The notes under the pieces are model-generated. The model was not told the origin of the DNA. It did no database searches and saw only the letters and a list, made by a program, of their open reading frames with translations. Of a DNA stretch of 52,029 bases, positions 1 to 8,410 are shown piece by piece; within the stretch, counting starts at the first letter, position 1; each line of letters opens with the position of its first letter. Location: positions 1 through 52,029 of IMG/VR virus record IMGVR_UViG_3300031953_000021; one strand, 5' to 3'. Source of the stretch: a virus (lineage: Duplodnaviria > Caudoviricetes). The position numbers and the translations under genes are program-made.

Positions 1-186
1 TTGCTGAAGGTTGGAAGTCGCTCCGTGACTTCGCTGAAAAGACCGACAGCGACACTCCCTCGGCTGAAGCTGCCGCAGCTACCGACGCACCGGCGGCTGA
101 TCCCGCTCTTGCTGCTGAGACGCAGCAAGAAATGGCGCTCTCCGCTGACGTGCTGAAGTCGGCACCGGAAGCAGTTATCAAGGCAA
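1..186. repeat. Terminal direct repeat (copy 1), most likely circular assembly overlap
   Basis: 1-186 matches 51844-52029 except A128 vs G51971; lies inside one continuous ORF. Confidence 0.95.
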
Positions 187-602
187 TCGAATCGCAGCGC
201 GCTGAAATCGCGAAGGCTCGTGAAGAGGTTGCTAAGGAGCGTGACATTCGCCTCGACGGTGAAGCAGTCACGTTCGCAAAAGCCACGTGGCCGAACCTCG
301 GCCTTCCGGAAGAAACCGTCAAGTCGATCCGTCGTGTCAGTGTTGTTGACGCTGATCTGGGCGAGACGCTGAAGCAGATGCTCACGTCGGCAAATGCACA
401 GCTTGACGGCTCCTCGATCCTCGGCGAACTCGGTACCGGTGGTACGTCGGACAACCCGACAGTTAAGGCTGTCGACCGGGTTGAGGACTTGGCAAAAGCT
501 CTTGTCGAAGAAGGCAAGTACGACACGATCCAAAAGGCCCGTGTCGCGGTTTACAACGCCGAGCCTGAACTGGCAACGGCAGTGAAAGAGGAGGCACGCT
601 GA
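1..602 (+). CDS. Capsid scaffolding protein, 3' part (gene starts at 51606 and crosses the junction; about 279 aa)
   Basis: Frame of ORF 132..602 continues from ATG 51606 via the overlap; Ala/Glu/Lys-rich helical protein between protease and capsid genes. Confidence 0.75.
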   Translation, partial: AEGWKSLRDFAEKTDSDTPSAEAAAATDAPAADPALAAETQQEMALSADVLKSAPEAVIKAIESQRAEIAKAREEVAKERDIRLDGEAVTFAKATWPNLGLPEETVKSIRRVSVVDADLGETLKQMLTSANAQLDGSSILGELGTGGTSDNPTVKAVDRVEDLAKALVEEGKYDTIQKARVAVYNAEPELATAVKEEAR

Positions 603-985
603 TGGTTAGCGCGAACGAATGGAACCAGACAGTAGTCAGCCTCGAAGCTGCGACTGATCTGGACGCCGGTGTGATTGTGAAGTACGCATCCGGCAAGGCA
701 GCGAAGGCTGGGGCCGTGACCGACATCGTTGTAGGTGTCACACGAGACTCAGCTAAGGCTGGCGAGACTGTCCCCGTTGTGACCGCTGGTGTTGCTGGCG
801 TGCTCGCATCAGCCGCAATTGCTGAAGGGGTGCTCGTTGGCACCGCAGTGACCACGGCTCGCGGCAAGACGATCGTTGCCGGAACCGACTCGACTCAGTA
901 CATCGTGGGCCGTGCGTTGGAGGCTGCAACCGCAGCAGGCGACATGGTGAGTGTCCTTCTCACCGTAGGGGGCCGAGCCGCTTAG
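602..985 (+). CDS. Capsid decoration/cement protein (DUF2190-like)
   Basis: 127 aa, Ala/Gly/Val-rich, C-terminal VGRALEAATAAGDMVSVLL; directly before MCP. Confidence 0.75.
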   Translation: MVSANEWNQTVVSLEAATDLDAGVIVKYASGKAAKAGAVTDIVVGVTRDSAKAGETVPVVTAGVAGVLASAAIAEGVLVGTAVTTARGKTIVAGTDSTQYIVGRALEAATAAGDMVSVLLTVGGRAA

Positions 986-1018
986 GGCTTGGCAACAAGA
1001 AACTAGGAGAATCAGATA

Positions 1019-1984
1019 ATGGCAAGCACGGTCCCCATTGACCCAGTACTCAGCAATCTCTCGGTTGCTACGTGGCAGGACGCCAAAGGCTTCATCGCCG
1101 ACAAGGTGTTCCCCACTGTTCCCGTTGAGGTGCAGAGCGGTCAGTATTACGTCCTCGATGACGCGAACCTGAACCGAGACACCGCAGAGCGTCGTGCTGA
1201 CGCTTCGGAGTCCGCAGGCGACTCGTTCGTACTGTCGGACGACGCCTACAACGCGACAGTGTTCGCGTTGCACAAGGATGTCGGCGACCAGTTGCAGAGC
1301 AACTACAAGAATGTTCCCGGCACCCCGTTCCAGTCGGCCTCGAAGTTCCTCGTGAACAAGATGCGACTTCGCCAAGAGGTCCAGTTCGCTGCTGACTTCA
1401 TGGCTGCTGGCGTGTGGGGACTTGACGAAGAGGGTGTGTCAGTTTCGCCCTCGACCGACGAGTTCCTTCAGTGGAATGTTTCGGGCTCGGACCCGATCGC
1501 TGATGTTGAGCGTTGGAAGGAGCAGGTTTCTGCTGCTGGCTTCGACGCAAACGTCATGGCAATCGGCAAGCCGCTCTGGACAGCGCTGAAGAACCACCCG
1601 GACATCATCGACCGCTACAAGTACACCAGCGGCGGCGCGAAGGTTTCGCTTGAAGCCATTGCTGATCTGTTCGACCTCGAACGCATCGTTGTGGGTCGTG
1701 CGATTCGCAACACTGCGAAGCGCGGCCAGCCTGCAACCAACGTGTCCGTGATCGGAAACAGCGCGTTGCTCGTCTACACGCCTGATGCTCCCGGCATCGA
1801 AGTTCCGGCTGCTGGGTACACGTTCGCGTGGACCGGTGTGTCGGAAGGGCTCGGCGAGAACATCGGCACCAAGCAGTTCCGTATGGAATCGCTCGCTGCT
1901 GACCGCGTTGAGTCGCAGATCGCGCTCGACAACAAGCTCGTGGCCGCAAGCCTCGGAGTGTTTGCCACGAACGTTGTTGGCTAA
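1019..1984 (+). CDS. Major capsid protein (lambda gpE-like family)
   Basis: 321 aa; IDPVLSNLSVA..FIADKVFPTVPV, SDPIADV, LKNHPDIIDRYKYT motifs; AGGAG RBS; strong terminator follows. Confidence 0.9.
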   Translation: MASTVPIDPVLSNLSVATWQDAKGFIADKVFPTVPVEVQSGQYYVLDDANLNRDTAERRADASESAGDSFVLSDDAYNATVFALHKDVGDQLQSNYKNVPGTPFQSASKFLVNKMRLRQEVQFAADFMAAGVWGLDEEGVSVSPSTDEFLQWNVSGSDPIADVERWKEQVSAAGFDANVMAIGKPLWTALKNHPDIIDRYKYTSGGAKVSLEAIADLFDLERIVVGRAIRNTAKRGQPATNVSVIGNSALLVYTPDAPGIEVPAAGYTFAWTGVSEGLGENIGTKQFRMESLAADRVESQIALDNKLVAASLGVFATNVVG

Positions 1985-1999
1985 CTAAGCAGTTCACTG

Positions 2000-2046
2000 A
2001 ACGGCTCCCCGCTCCCCAAGTAACGGGGGGTGGGGAGCCGTTTTTT
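2000..2046 (+). terminator. Rho-independent terminator after MCP
   Basis: AACGGCTCCCCGCTCCCC..GGGGGGTGGGGAGCCGTT stem followed by a T run. Confidence 0.9.
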
Positions 2047-2063
2047 GTGGGAGGATGCGAACT

Positions 2064-2555
2064 ATGACATGGACCTATGACCCCCCGGCTGGTAGCCCGC
2101 TTGCTTGGCCTTCTCTGAAAGATCACGTGCGCTTTCTGCTGGGCGACCGGAAGCAGTCGGCGTGGTCGCCGTCGGACGAAGATATTGCGGCGTCAATTCT
2201 GATCTGGAATGACACGTACCCGGATCACCTCGACAACGCGAACGGCATTGCTGCGTCGTTGGCTGTGTACCTTGCTGACTGGACGTCGATGTCGGGTGTG
2301 ACCACGGAGTCAAAGACGGTGGGCAATTCGAGCTTGTCGAAAACGTACGTTGCTGATCGTCGGTCGGCGTGGTTGCGGTTGGCGTCTCGTCTTGCTGGTG
2401 GTTCGCCGGTTCCTATCCCCGGCGCTACGATGTCGGGCTTCGGGCTCGCGGCGGAGGGCAGCGGTCCTCCTCGACTCTTTACCTTGGGCCAGTTCGATAA
2501 CGGGCCTCAGTTGCCGGGGCGCACTGTGCCGTCGGCGCTTGACCTCGGAAGGTGA
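2064..2555 (+). CDS. Head-to-tail adaptor
   Basis: MTWTY..DHVRFLLGD..SDEDI and SKTVGNSSLSKTY motifs; position after MCP. Confidence 0.75.
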   Translation: MTWTYDPPAGSPLAWPSLKDHVRFLLGDRKQSAWSPSDEDIAASILIWNDTYPDHLDNANGIAASLAVYLADWTSMSGVTTESKTVGNSSLSKTYVADRRSAWLRLASRLAGGSPVPIPGATMSGFGLAAEGSGPPRLFTLGQFDNGPQLPGRTVPSALDLGR

Positions 2556-2560
2556 CTCAA

Positions 2561-2878
2561 ATGATCGACGTTGAGTTGTTGGAAATGCTGGAATCTGTGG
2601 TGCAGATCGCTCCGGCTAATGAGCGCGCTCTGGACGGCAAGCGTTCGTATGGCACGGCAGCTAACTTCGATGCACACATCGAGGTGCGTAACGACATGGT
2701 GCGGAACACGTCGGGCGAAGAGGTGATGTCGGCAGGCCGCTGTCATCTTGACTCACACTATCCAGCAGTAACGGAGTCGTCACGACTGACGTTGCCGGAT
2801 GGAGAGCAACCGTCTGTGATCGCGGTGGCGCACACGTACGACAGTGACGGCCCGTATCAAACGGTGGTGTTCTGGTGA
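2561..2878 (+). CDS. Head-to-tail stopper/closure protein
   Basis: About 105 aa; MVRNTSGEEVMS, RLTLPDG motifs; synteny. Confidence 0.7.
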   Translation: MIDVELLEMLESVVQIAPANERALDGKRSYGTAANFDAHIEVRNDMVRNTSGEEVMSAGRCHLDSHYPAVTESSRLTLPDGEQPSVIAVAHTYDSDGPYQTVVFW

Positions 2879-3285
2879 GCACGAAGATCACGCTGGTTGG
2901 GCTGGACAAGGTTCAGTCGCTCATGGCGAAGGGCGGCACGGTCGGCGTTGATGTTCTCACTGACGTGCTCCGCGACGACTCACTGATCGCATTCCGCAAC
3001 AGTCAGCGAATGACCCCGCACGCTGATGGTCCGCTCCGTGGATCGGGTGTGGTGCAGCCTCCCTCAGTCACCGGGTCGAGCGTTGAAATCTTGCTTGGCT
3101 ACGGCGGCGCTGCTTCGGCATACGCTCTGTACCAGCACGAAAATCTGGACCTACGGCACCCTGATCCGACGAACCCGCACAGTGACCCGAAAGGGCAGGC
3201 GAAGTATCTGGAAACGCCAGTGCGGGACCAGACCAAGGGTCTTGCCGGTCGGCTGCGGGCTGAACTCGAATCGAGGCTGACATGA
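2875..3285 (+). CDS. HK97 gp10-like neck/tail completion protein
   Basis: PHADGPLRGSG, YALYQHE, GQAKYLETP motifs. Confidence 0.75.
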   Translation: MSTKITLVGLDKVQSLMAKGGTVGVDVLTDVLRDDSLIAFRNSQRMTPHADGPLRGSGVVQPPSVTGSSVEILLGYGGAASAYALYQHENLDLRHPDPTNPHSDPKGQAKYLETPVRDQTKGLAGRLRAELESRLT

Positions 3286-3704
3286 GTGCCACAAGTGCGA
3301 ACGTTGCAGGGCTGATTGCTGGCTCTGGGCTGGGCTGGACCCTTGCCACGAATCTGTTCACCGGCGGCTTGCAGGACGGTGACGACGTTGCTGCTGTGCA
3401 GGCTTCGGTGTCGATGTACTCGGGCACTGCTGACGAGACGTTCACGCACTCGATGATGCGACCGCAGGCTCAGGTGACGATCCGTGGGAATCGGGACTCG
3501 TATGCGGAAGCTGAGAAGGCCGCGTTTGCGATGTGGGACTTCCTTGCGAACGTTCGCAATGTGGATGTCCCCGCGACGGTTGGCTCGCAGGTTGTTGGCC
3601 CGGTGAAGATTCAAGCGTTGACACCCTCGGGCACGGTCAATCCGCTGGGGAAAGATGACCAGCAGCGTAGCCTGTTCAGTATGAACTTCACGGTGACGGT
3701 ATGA
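3282..3704 (+). CDS. Tail terminator
   Basis: QVTIRG..Y and PLGKDDQQRSLFSMNF motifs; synteny. Confidence 0.7.
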   Translation: MSATSANVAGLIAGSGLGWTLATNLFTGGLQDGDDVAAVQASVSMYSGTADETFTHSMMRPQAQVTIRGNRDSYAEAEKAAFAMWDFLANVRNVDVPATVGSQVVGPVKIQALTPSGTVNPLGKDDQQRSLFSMNFTVTV

Positions 3705-3949
3705 CTCAGATCACGAAGGGCGATGCTCTGCTCGCGATTGACGCGGCTATGGCTGCGTTGTCGACGGCTCGTGTCCTCGTTGAAGCGATCGGTGACGAAC
3801 CGGCAGAGGTCGACGGCGGCTGCAAGCACATCCGGCAGCACCAGACTTTCACCAGCAACGTCTGCCGCGACTGCGGAGAGGAACTGGGCGTGCCTGTTTC
3901 GGATGACTCGACTACCGCAGATAGCATTTCGTCGGAGGTATCGCAATGA
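3701..3949 (+). CDS. Hypothetical protein (CxH...CxxC)
   Basis: Overlapping ATGA coupling on both sides. Confidence 0.55.
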   Translation: MTQITKGDALLAIDAAMAALSTARVLVEAIGDEPAEVDGGCKHIRQHQTFTSNVCRDCGEELGVPVSDDSTTADSISSEVSQ

Positions 3950-4155
3950 TGGAGCTCAAAGTGCTGGTCGGGTGCAACTACCCGCCGGACAATACACGCG
4001 CTGAACCGGGCGATCTGATCGAGGTCGACGCGAAGGTTGGTGCTGCTTTGGTCGCTGCGGGCGCTGGGGAGCCCACTGAGGCACCCAAAGCGAAGCGTTC
4101 GACTACTAAGACCACCAAGTCCACCTCGAAGGCCCAGAAAGGCACGGAGGCATAA
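3946..4155 (+). CDS. Small hypothetical virion-module protein
   Basis: GGAGG RBS; PGDLIEVD motif; basic tail. Confidence 0.6.
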   Translation: MMELKVLVGCNYPPDNTRAEPGDLIEVDAKVGAALVAAGAGEPTEAPKAKRSTTKTTKSTSKAQKGTEA

Positions 4156-4158
4156 TCA

Positions 4159-4875
4159 ATGGCTATTCACGGCAAAGCGACTGGGATTCTGCTTGGCGGT
4201 TACGACCTGACGTCAATGTTGAACCAGATCGCGACACCGCAGTCTCTCGATACGGCGGACGTGACACCGTTCGGCGAGACAGCGAAGAAGTACATCCCCG
4301 GAATGGCTGACGCAACCGTCTCCATGAGTGGGTTCTTTGAGGGCGATGCAGCGGCGACTGAAGAAATGCTTGACGTCGCGTCTGACACTGCTGAAGCAAT
4401 CATCGTGACCTACGGGCGCACGTTTGCTGTCGGTCAAGAGTGCAAGTTCGCCAGTATCGTCCGTAGCGCGTTCGAGGTGTCGTCCCCAGTGGGCGATGTC
4501 GTCTCGATCACCGGCGCGGCTCAGGCCGATGGTGGGCTGAAAACTGGTCGGACGCTCATGGCGCGACAGGAAGTCACGACTTCACCTGTGACCGGCACGG
4601 TTGTGGATAACATCACGACGACGACGAACGGTGCGTTGGCTGTGCTGATCCTCTCCGACAACACGCTGGACGATGAAGCAACCGTTCTCGTGCAGCACTC
4701 GGATGACAACTCTGTGTGGGTCGACCTCGGCACCTTTGCGGTCGCCCCCGCCCTGACTGTCGCTTCGGAAATTCTGGCTATCTCCGGAACGATCAACCGC
4801 TACGTCCGCGTAGTGGTTACTCTCGCTGGCTCAACTGGGTCAGCGATAACCACTGTCGCGCTCAGTCGCGGCTAG
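4159..4875 (+). CDS. Tail tube-like protein 1 (tube domain plus about 100 aa C-terminal beta domain)
   Basis: MAIHGK..DTADVTPFGETAKKYIPGMADATVSMSGFF; C-terminal VQHSDDNSVWVDL..RYVRV. Confidence 0.75.
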   Translation: MAIHGKATGILLGGYDLTSMLNQIATPQSLDTADVTPFGETAKKYIPGMADATVSMSGFFEGDAAATEEMLDVASDTAEAIIVTYGRTFAVGQECKFASIVRSAFEVSSPVGDVVSITGAAQADGGLKTGRTLMARQEVTTSPVTGTVVDNITTTTNGALAVLILSDNTLDDEATVLVQHSDDNSVWVDLGTFAVAPALTVASEILAISGTINRYVRVVVTLAGSTGSAITTVALSRG

Positions 4876-4892
4876 AGCAAGGGAGTACGCTC

Positions 4893-5318
4893 ATGGCCGT
4901 TCACGGCAAGAGTACATTTATCAGCATTGCGGACGCGGCGGGAACTCCCGTCGATATGTCGGCTGATATGAACCAAGCGGGCCTGTCACGGTCTGTCGAT
5001 ACTGCGGAGTCGACTGGCTTCGGCGAGGTCGCGAAGAAGTACGTCGCTGGCATGGAAGATGCAACGTCGTCGTGGAGTGGTTTCTTTACCGCCGCGCAGG
5101 ATGCTGTTCTCTCCGGGCTCGTTGATGCGCTTGCTGCCGGGACGATTGACTCGACCGAGATGGTGTACGGCCCAGCGGGTTCTGCCACCGGCAAGGTCAG
5201 CTACACGCAAGACGTCATCATCACCGGCTACGAGGTGTCCGGATCGGTCGGCGACCTCGTGACAGCTACCGTCTCGATGCAGCGAACTGGTCCGTCCGTT
5301 CGCGGCAGCTTCTCCTAA
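4893..5318 (+). CDS. Tail tube-like protein 2 (141 aa, probable major tail protein)
   Basis: MAVHGK..DTAESTGFGEVAKKYVAGMEDATSSWSGFF; paralog of upstream gene; GGGAG RBS; precedes tail chaperone. Confidence 0.8.
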   Translation: MAVHGKSTFISIADAAGTPVDMSADMNQAGLSRSVDTAESTGFGEVAKKYVAGMEDATSSWSGFFTAAQDAVLSGLVDALAAGTIDSTEMVYGPAGSATGKVSYTQDVIITGYEVSGSVGDLVTATVSMQRTGPSVRGSFS

Positions 5319-5352
5319 CGAACAACGCCGTCTAGTCGGGTAGAGTGCACCT

Positions 5353-5748
5353 ATGAGTATTCGCGATACAATCTTTGCCGCTGACGACATCCGTGAAGAG
5401 GTAGTTGAAGTTCCAGAGTGGGGCGTCGATGTGAGGGTCCGTGGGCTTACCCTCGGCCAGCGCAACGACGCTCTCACTGAGTCCCGTGGTGAGGACGGCG
5501 TTCTTAGCCTGTCTCACTACTACGCACTCATTCTGATTGCCACTGTTCTCGAACCTGAGAGTGGCAATCACGTGTTCCTAGAGACCGACGTTGACAAGAT
5601 TCTTGGCAAGTCGAGTGCTCCCGCTGACAACCTCGCGAAGAAGGCTTTGTCGCTTTCTGGTCTGCCTGAAAAGGGCGACGTGCAGGCTGGCGTTGATGCA
5701 GCGGGGGAAGACTCTTCTACGACGGAGAGCGACGTACCCGGTATCTAA
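5353..5748 (+). CDS. Tail assembly chaperone (short form)
   Basis: EEVVEVPEWGVDVRVRGLT motif; located between tube and tape measure genes. Confidence 0.85.
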   Translation: MSIRDTIFAADDIREEVVEVPEWGVDVRVRGLTLGQRNDALTESRGEDGVLSLSHYYALILIATVLEPESGNHVFLETDVDKILGKSSAPADNLAKKALSLSGLPEKGDVQAGVDAAGEDSSTTESDVPGI

Positions 5749-5924
5749 TCGCGGATCGACTTGGGCGGACCCTTGGCGAGTTGGAATACGGCTCGCCGGG
5801 GCACCGCCCATTGTCGATGTCGGAGTACCTAGAGTGGGTAGCCTTAGTCACGATTGTCGAACCGCACGAGCGCAAGAAGGCCGAGTCTCACAAGCGGATC
5901 AACAGCAGGTCTAGGAGGCGATAA
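5703..5924 (+). CDS. Tail assembly chaperone -1 frameshift extension (long form 5353..5924)
   Basis: G GGG GAA slippery site 5703-5709; -1 frame reads ..LIADRLGRTLGELE..MSEYLEWVAL.. to TAA 5922-5924 overlapping the tape measure ATG. Confidence 0.85.
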   Translation, partial: GGRLFYDGERRTRYLIADRLGRTLGELEYGSPGHRPLSMSEYLEWVALVTIVEPHERKKAESHKRINSRSRRR

Positions 5925-8227
5925 TGTCCAGCGAAGTCATGTCAGTCATGGCGCGGCTCGAAGGTGACGCGAAGAGTTTCATTGCCGCGTTCGCTGCGGG
6001 CAGTGATGCACTCTCCGACATCCAAGCGTCTGCGAGCAGCACGGCAACAGGGGTTGCTAGTTCGACTGATCGCATGAGCAAGTCAATGGCTACCGTTTCG
6101 GACAGTGTTGGCGATGTTGCTGGCGATATTGACGACTCCACGAAAGAAGCTGGTGATGCTTTCGAGGACTTGGGCGATGACGCTAAAGATTCTGCTAACG
6201 ATGTGGATAAAGCTGGGGATAAGTCAGCCGATGCGACGGAGAAGTCCAGCGGTCGGATGTCGGGAGCTCTGAAGAACGCTGGCACCGCGTTCGGTGTAGC
6301 TGCTCTCGCGGCGGGTGTTGCGGCAGCAGGCATGGTTGCTGCTTCGGTCGCGGCGTTTGGTGAGCTAGAGCAGAACCTTGGCGGCTCAGAGGCCGTGTTC
6401 GGCTCGTACGCTCAGACGATCCAAGACACCGGTGTTGCGGCGTATAAGAACCTCGGAATCTCGCAGTCGGAATATCTGGCGACGGCAAACAAGATGGGTG
6501 CGTTGTTCCAAGGCTCCGGTATCGCTCAGGTTGACTCGCTGAACATGACGCAGGACGCGATGCAGCGGGCCGCTGATATGGCCTCTGTCATGGGAATCGA
6601 CATGAGTGTCGCGATGGACTCGGTGGCTGGTGCCGCTAAGGGTAACTTCACGATGATGGACAACCTCGGCGTGGCGATGAACGCAACGTCAATCGAGGCG
6701 TATGCGCTCGGTGAGGGCTTCACGGACTTCTCGTTCTCGACGGCGACTGCTGCTGAGAAGGCAGACATGGCGATGAAGATGTTCATGGACAACACGTCGC
6801 AGTATGCGGGCAACTTTGCGAAGGAGTCGACGGAGACGATCACCGGATCGTTGGGGCTGTTGCAGGCTTCCACCTCGTCGCTGCTTGCTGGCCTCGGAGA
6901 CGCCAACGCAGATACCGGCCAGTTGGCCGGAAACGTTGTGGATGCGTTCCAAGCTGTTGTGAACAACGTGGTCCCGATCATCGAGAACATTGCTGATGCT
7001 TTACCTGAAGCACTGGGCACGATGGTTGACGCCGCTGGCCCTCTCATTGGCTCTCTCGGGGGCGTGATTACTGGTCTGATCCCCACAATCCTCGACGCTG
7101 CTATGGGGCTTGCTGAGGCACTGCTGGAAGGCATATCGGGAACGCTCCCTGAATTGATGACCATGCTGCCGGGTGTGATCGTTTCGATGGTCGGCTCGGT
7201 CGCGACTCTGCTCCCGCTGCTTATCACCGCTGGTATGCAAGCGATCACCGCGCTCGTGCAGGGAGTTGCGGCAACGTTGCCGACTTTGATCCCCACGATT
7301 GTTCAGGGGCTCCTCGACGCGGTGAGCGCTTTGATCGAGAATCTGCCGTTGTTGCTGGACGCTGGCGTGCAGATGATCTTTGGTCTGATCGAGGGTCTGA
7401 TTACCGCTTTGCCTATGCTGATCGAGCAGTTGCCGACGCTCATTGTCTCGATCATTGACTTCCTAATCAACGCGATCCCCATGCTGATCGAAGCTGGCAT
7501 CGAATTGTTCCTGTCGATCGTTGACGCGCTCCCCGAAATCATCACTGGCATCGTTGCAGCTATCCCGAAAATAATCATGGGCATCCAGACTGCGATGATG
7601 TCTGCGATTCCGACGTTGATCGAGGCTGGCATCAAGCTGCTGATCGCGATGGTGACGGCAATGCCGACGATCATCAAGACGATCGTTGCTGCTATCCCGC
7701 AGATCGTGACTGGGCTTGTGACCGCGATTATGGATTCGCTCCCTGAAATGATTTCTGCGGGTAAGGACATGATCACCGGGCTGTGGGAGGGCATCAAGAA
7801 CGCAGGCGATTGGCTGTGGCGTCAGATGTCGAACTTCTTCGGCGGAATCATCGACAAGGTGAAGGGTCTGCTAGGCATTCACTCGCCGTCGACAGTGTTT
7901 GCTGAGATGGGCGAGAACTTGGGCCTTGGTATGGCTAAGGGTGTCGAGGCTTCCACGAAGGACGTGCAGGCTGCGATGAACGCGATGGTTGCTGTTCCTG
8001 AGATGGATGCGATGAAGCTTTCGTTGTCGACGTCGGGTAGCAGCAAGTATGCAAGCAACGGCTGGGAGAACCGGGTCGGCAGTGATGGGTTGTCTCGTCC
8101 GCGAGACGATGACGATAAGCCGATGGAGTTGTCCGACGAGACGATTGATAAGTTGGCTCGTGCTCTGGCTAGTCAGGTGCGCGGAAACGACCGACAGGGC
8201 AAGCTGGCTCCTGCTGGCGTTGAGTAG
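5924..8227 (+). CDS. Tape measure protein
   Basis: 767 aa; MMDNLG motif, periodic amphipathic LP.LI.AG repeats, LGIHSPSTVF near C-terminus. Confidence 0.95.
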   Translation: MSSEVMSVMARLEGDAKSFIAAFAAGSDALSDIQASASSTATGVASSTDRMSKSMATVSDSVGDVAGDIDDSTKEAGDAFEDLGDDAKDSANDVDKAGDKSADATEKSSGRMSGALKNAGTAFGVAALAAGVAAAGMVAASVAAFGELEQNLGGSEAVFGSYAQTIQDTGVAAYKNLGISQSEYLATANKMGALFQGSGIAQVDSLNMTQDAMQRAADMASVMGIDMSVAMDSVAGAAKGNFTMMDNLGVAMNATSIEAYALGEGFTDFSFSTATAAEKADMAMKMFMDNTSQYAGNFAKESTETITGSLGLLQASTSSLLAGLGDANADTGQLAGNVVDAFQAVVNNVVPIIENIADALPEALGTMVDAAGPLIGSLGGVITGLIPTILDAAMGLAEALLEGISGTLPELMTMLPGVIVSMVGSVATLLPLLITAGMQAITALVQGVAATLPTLIPTIVQGLLDAVSALIENLPLLLDAGVQMIFGLIEGLITALPMLIEQLPTLIVSIIDFLINAIPMLIEAGIELFLSIVDALPEIITGIVAAIPKIIMGIQTAMMSAIPTLIEAGIKLLIAMVTAMPTIIKTIVAAIPQIVTGLVTAIMDSLPEMISAGKDMITGLWEGIKNAGDWLWRQMSNFFGGIIDKVKGLLGIHSPSTVFAEMGENLGLGMAKGVEASTKDVQAAMNAMVAVPEMDAMKLSLSTSGSSKYASNGWENRVGSDGLSRPRDDDDKPMELSDETIDKLARALASQVRGNDRQGKLAPAGVE

Positions 8228-8242
8228 AAGTGAGGGATTGAC

Positions 8243-8407
8243 GTGGGCATTGCAAAGAACAAGTTTGACGGTCGTGAGTTCGAGTTTGAGCGCTCGGCTT
8301 TGCTAAAGGATCGTGTGATCGTGGACTTCGATCCCGGTCCCGATCTGCAAATTGGCATCTATTCGACTGAAGAGTTTGAGCTGACTTTTGATGTAGTCAA
8401 GGAATAG
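8243..8407 (+). CDS. Small hypothetical protein (54 aa, MGIAKNKFDGREFEF...)
   Basis: Fills the gap between tape measure and minor tail; GAGGG upstream; read manually. Confidence 0.55.
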   Translation: MGIAKNKFDGREFEFERSALLKDRVIVDFDPGPDLQIGIYSTEEFELTFDVVKE

Positions 8408-8410
8408 CTC

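Noticed and set aside
1-186. True physical direct terminal repeat
   Set aside because: It falls mid-gene in the scaffold ORF; more simply an assembly overlap, though read data are needed.
5591-5914. ORF-track 107-aa ORF as the chaperone frameshift product
   Set aside because: Wrong frame; the -1 frame ending at 5924 has the chaperone-like sequence.
7000-7800. Periodic hydrophobic repeats suggesting a transporter or repeat element
   Set aside because: Normal tape-measure amphipathic repeats.
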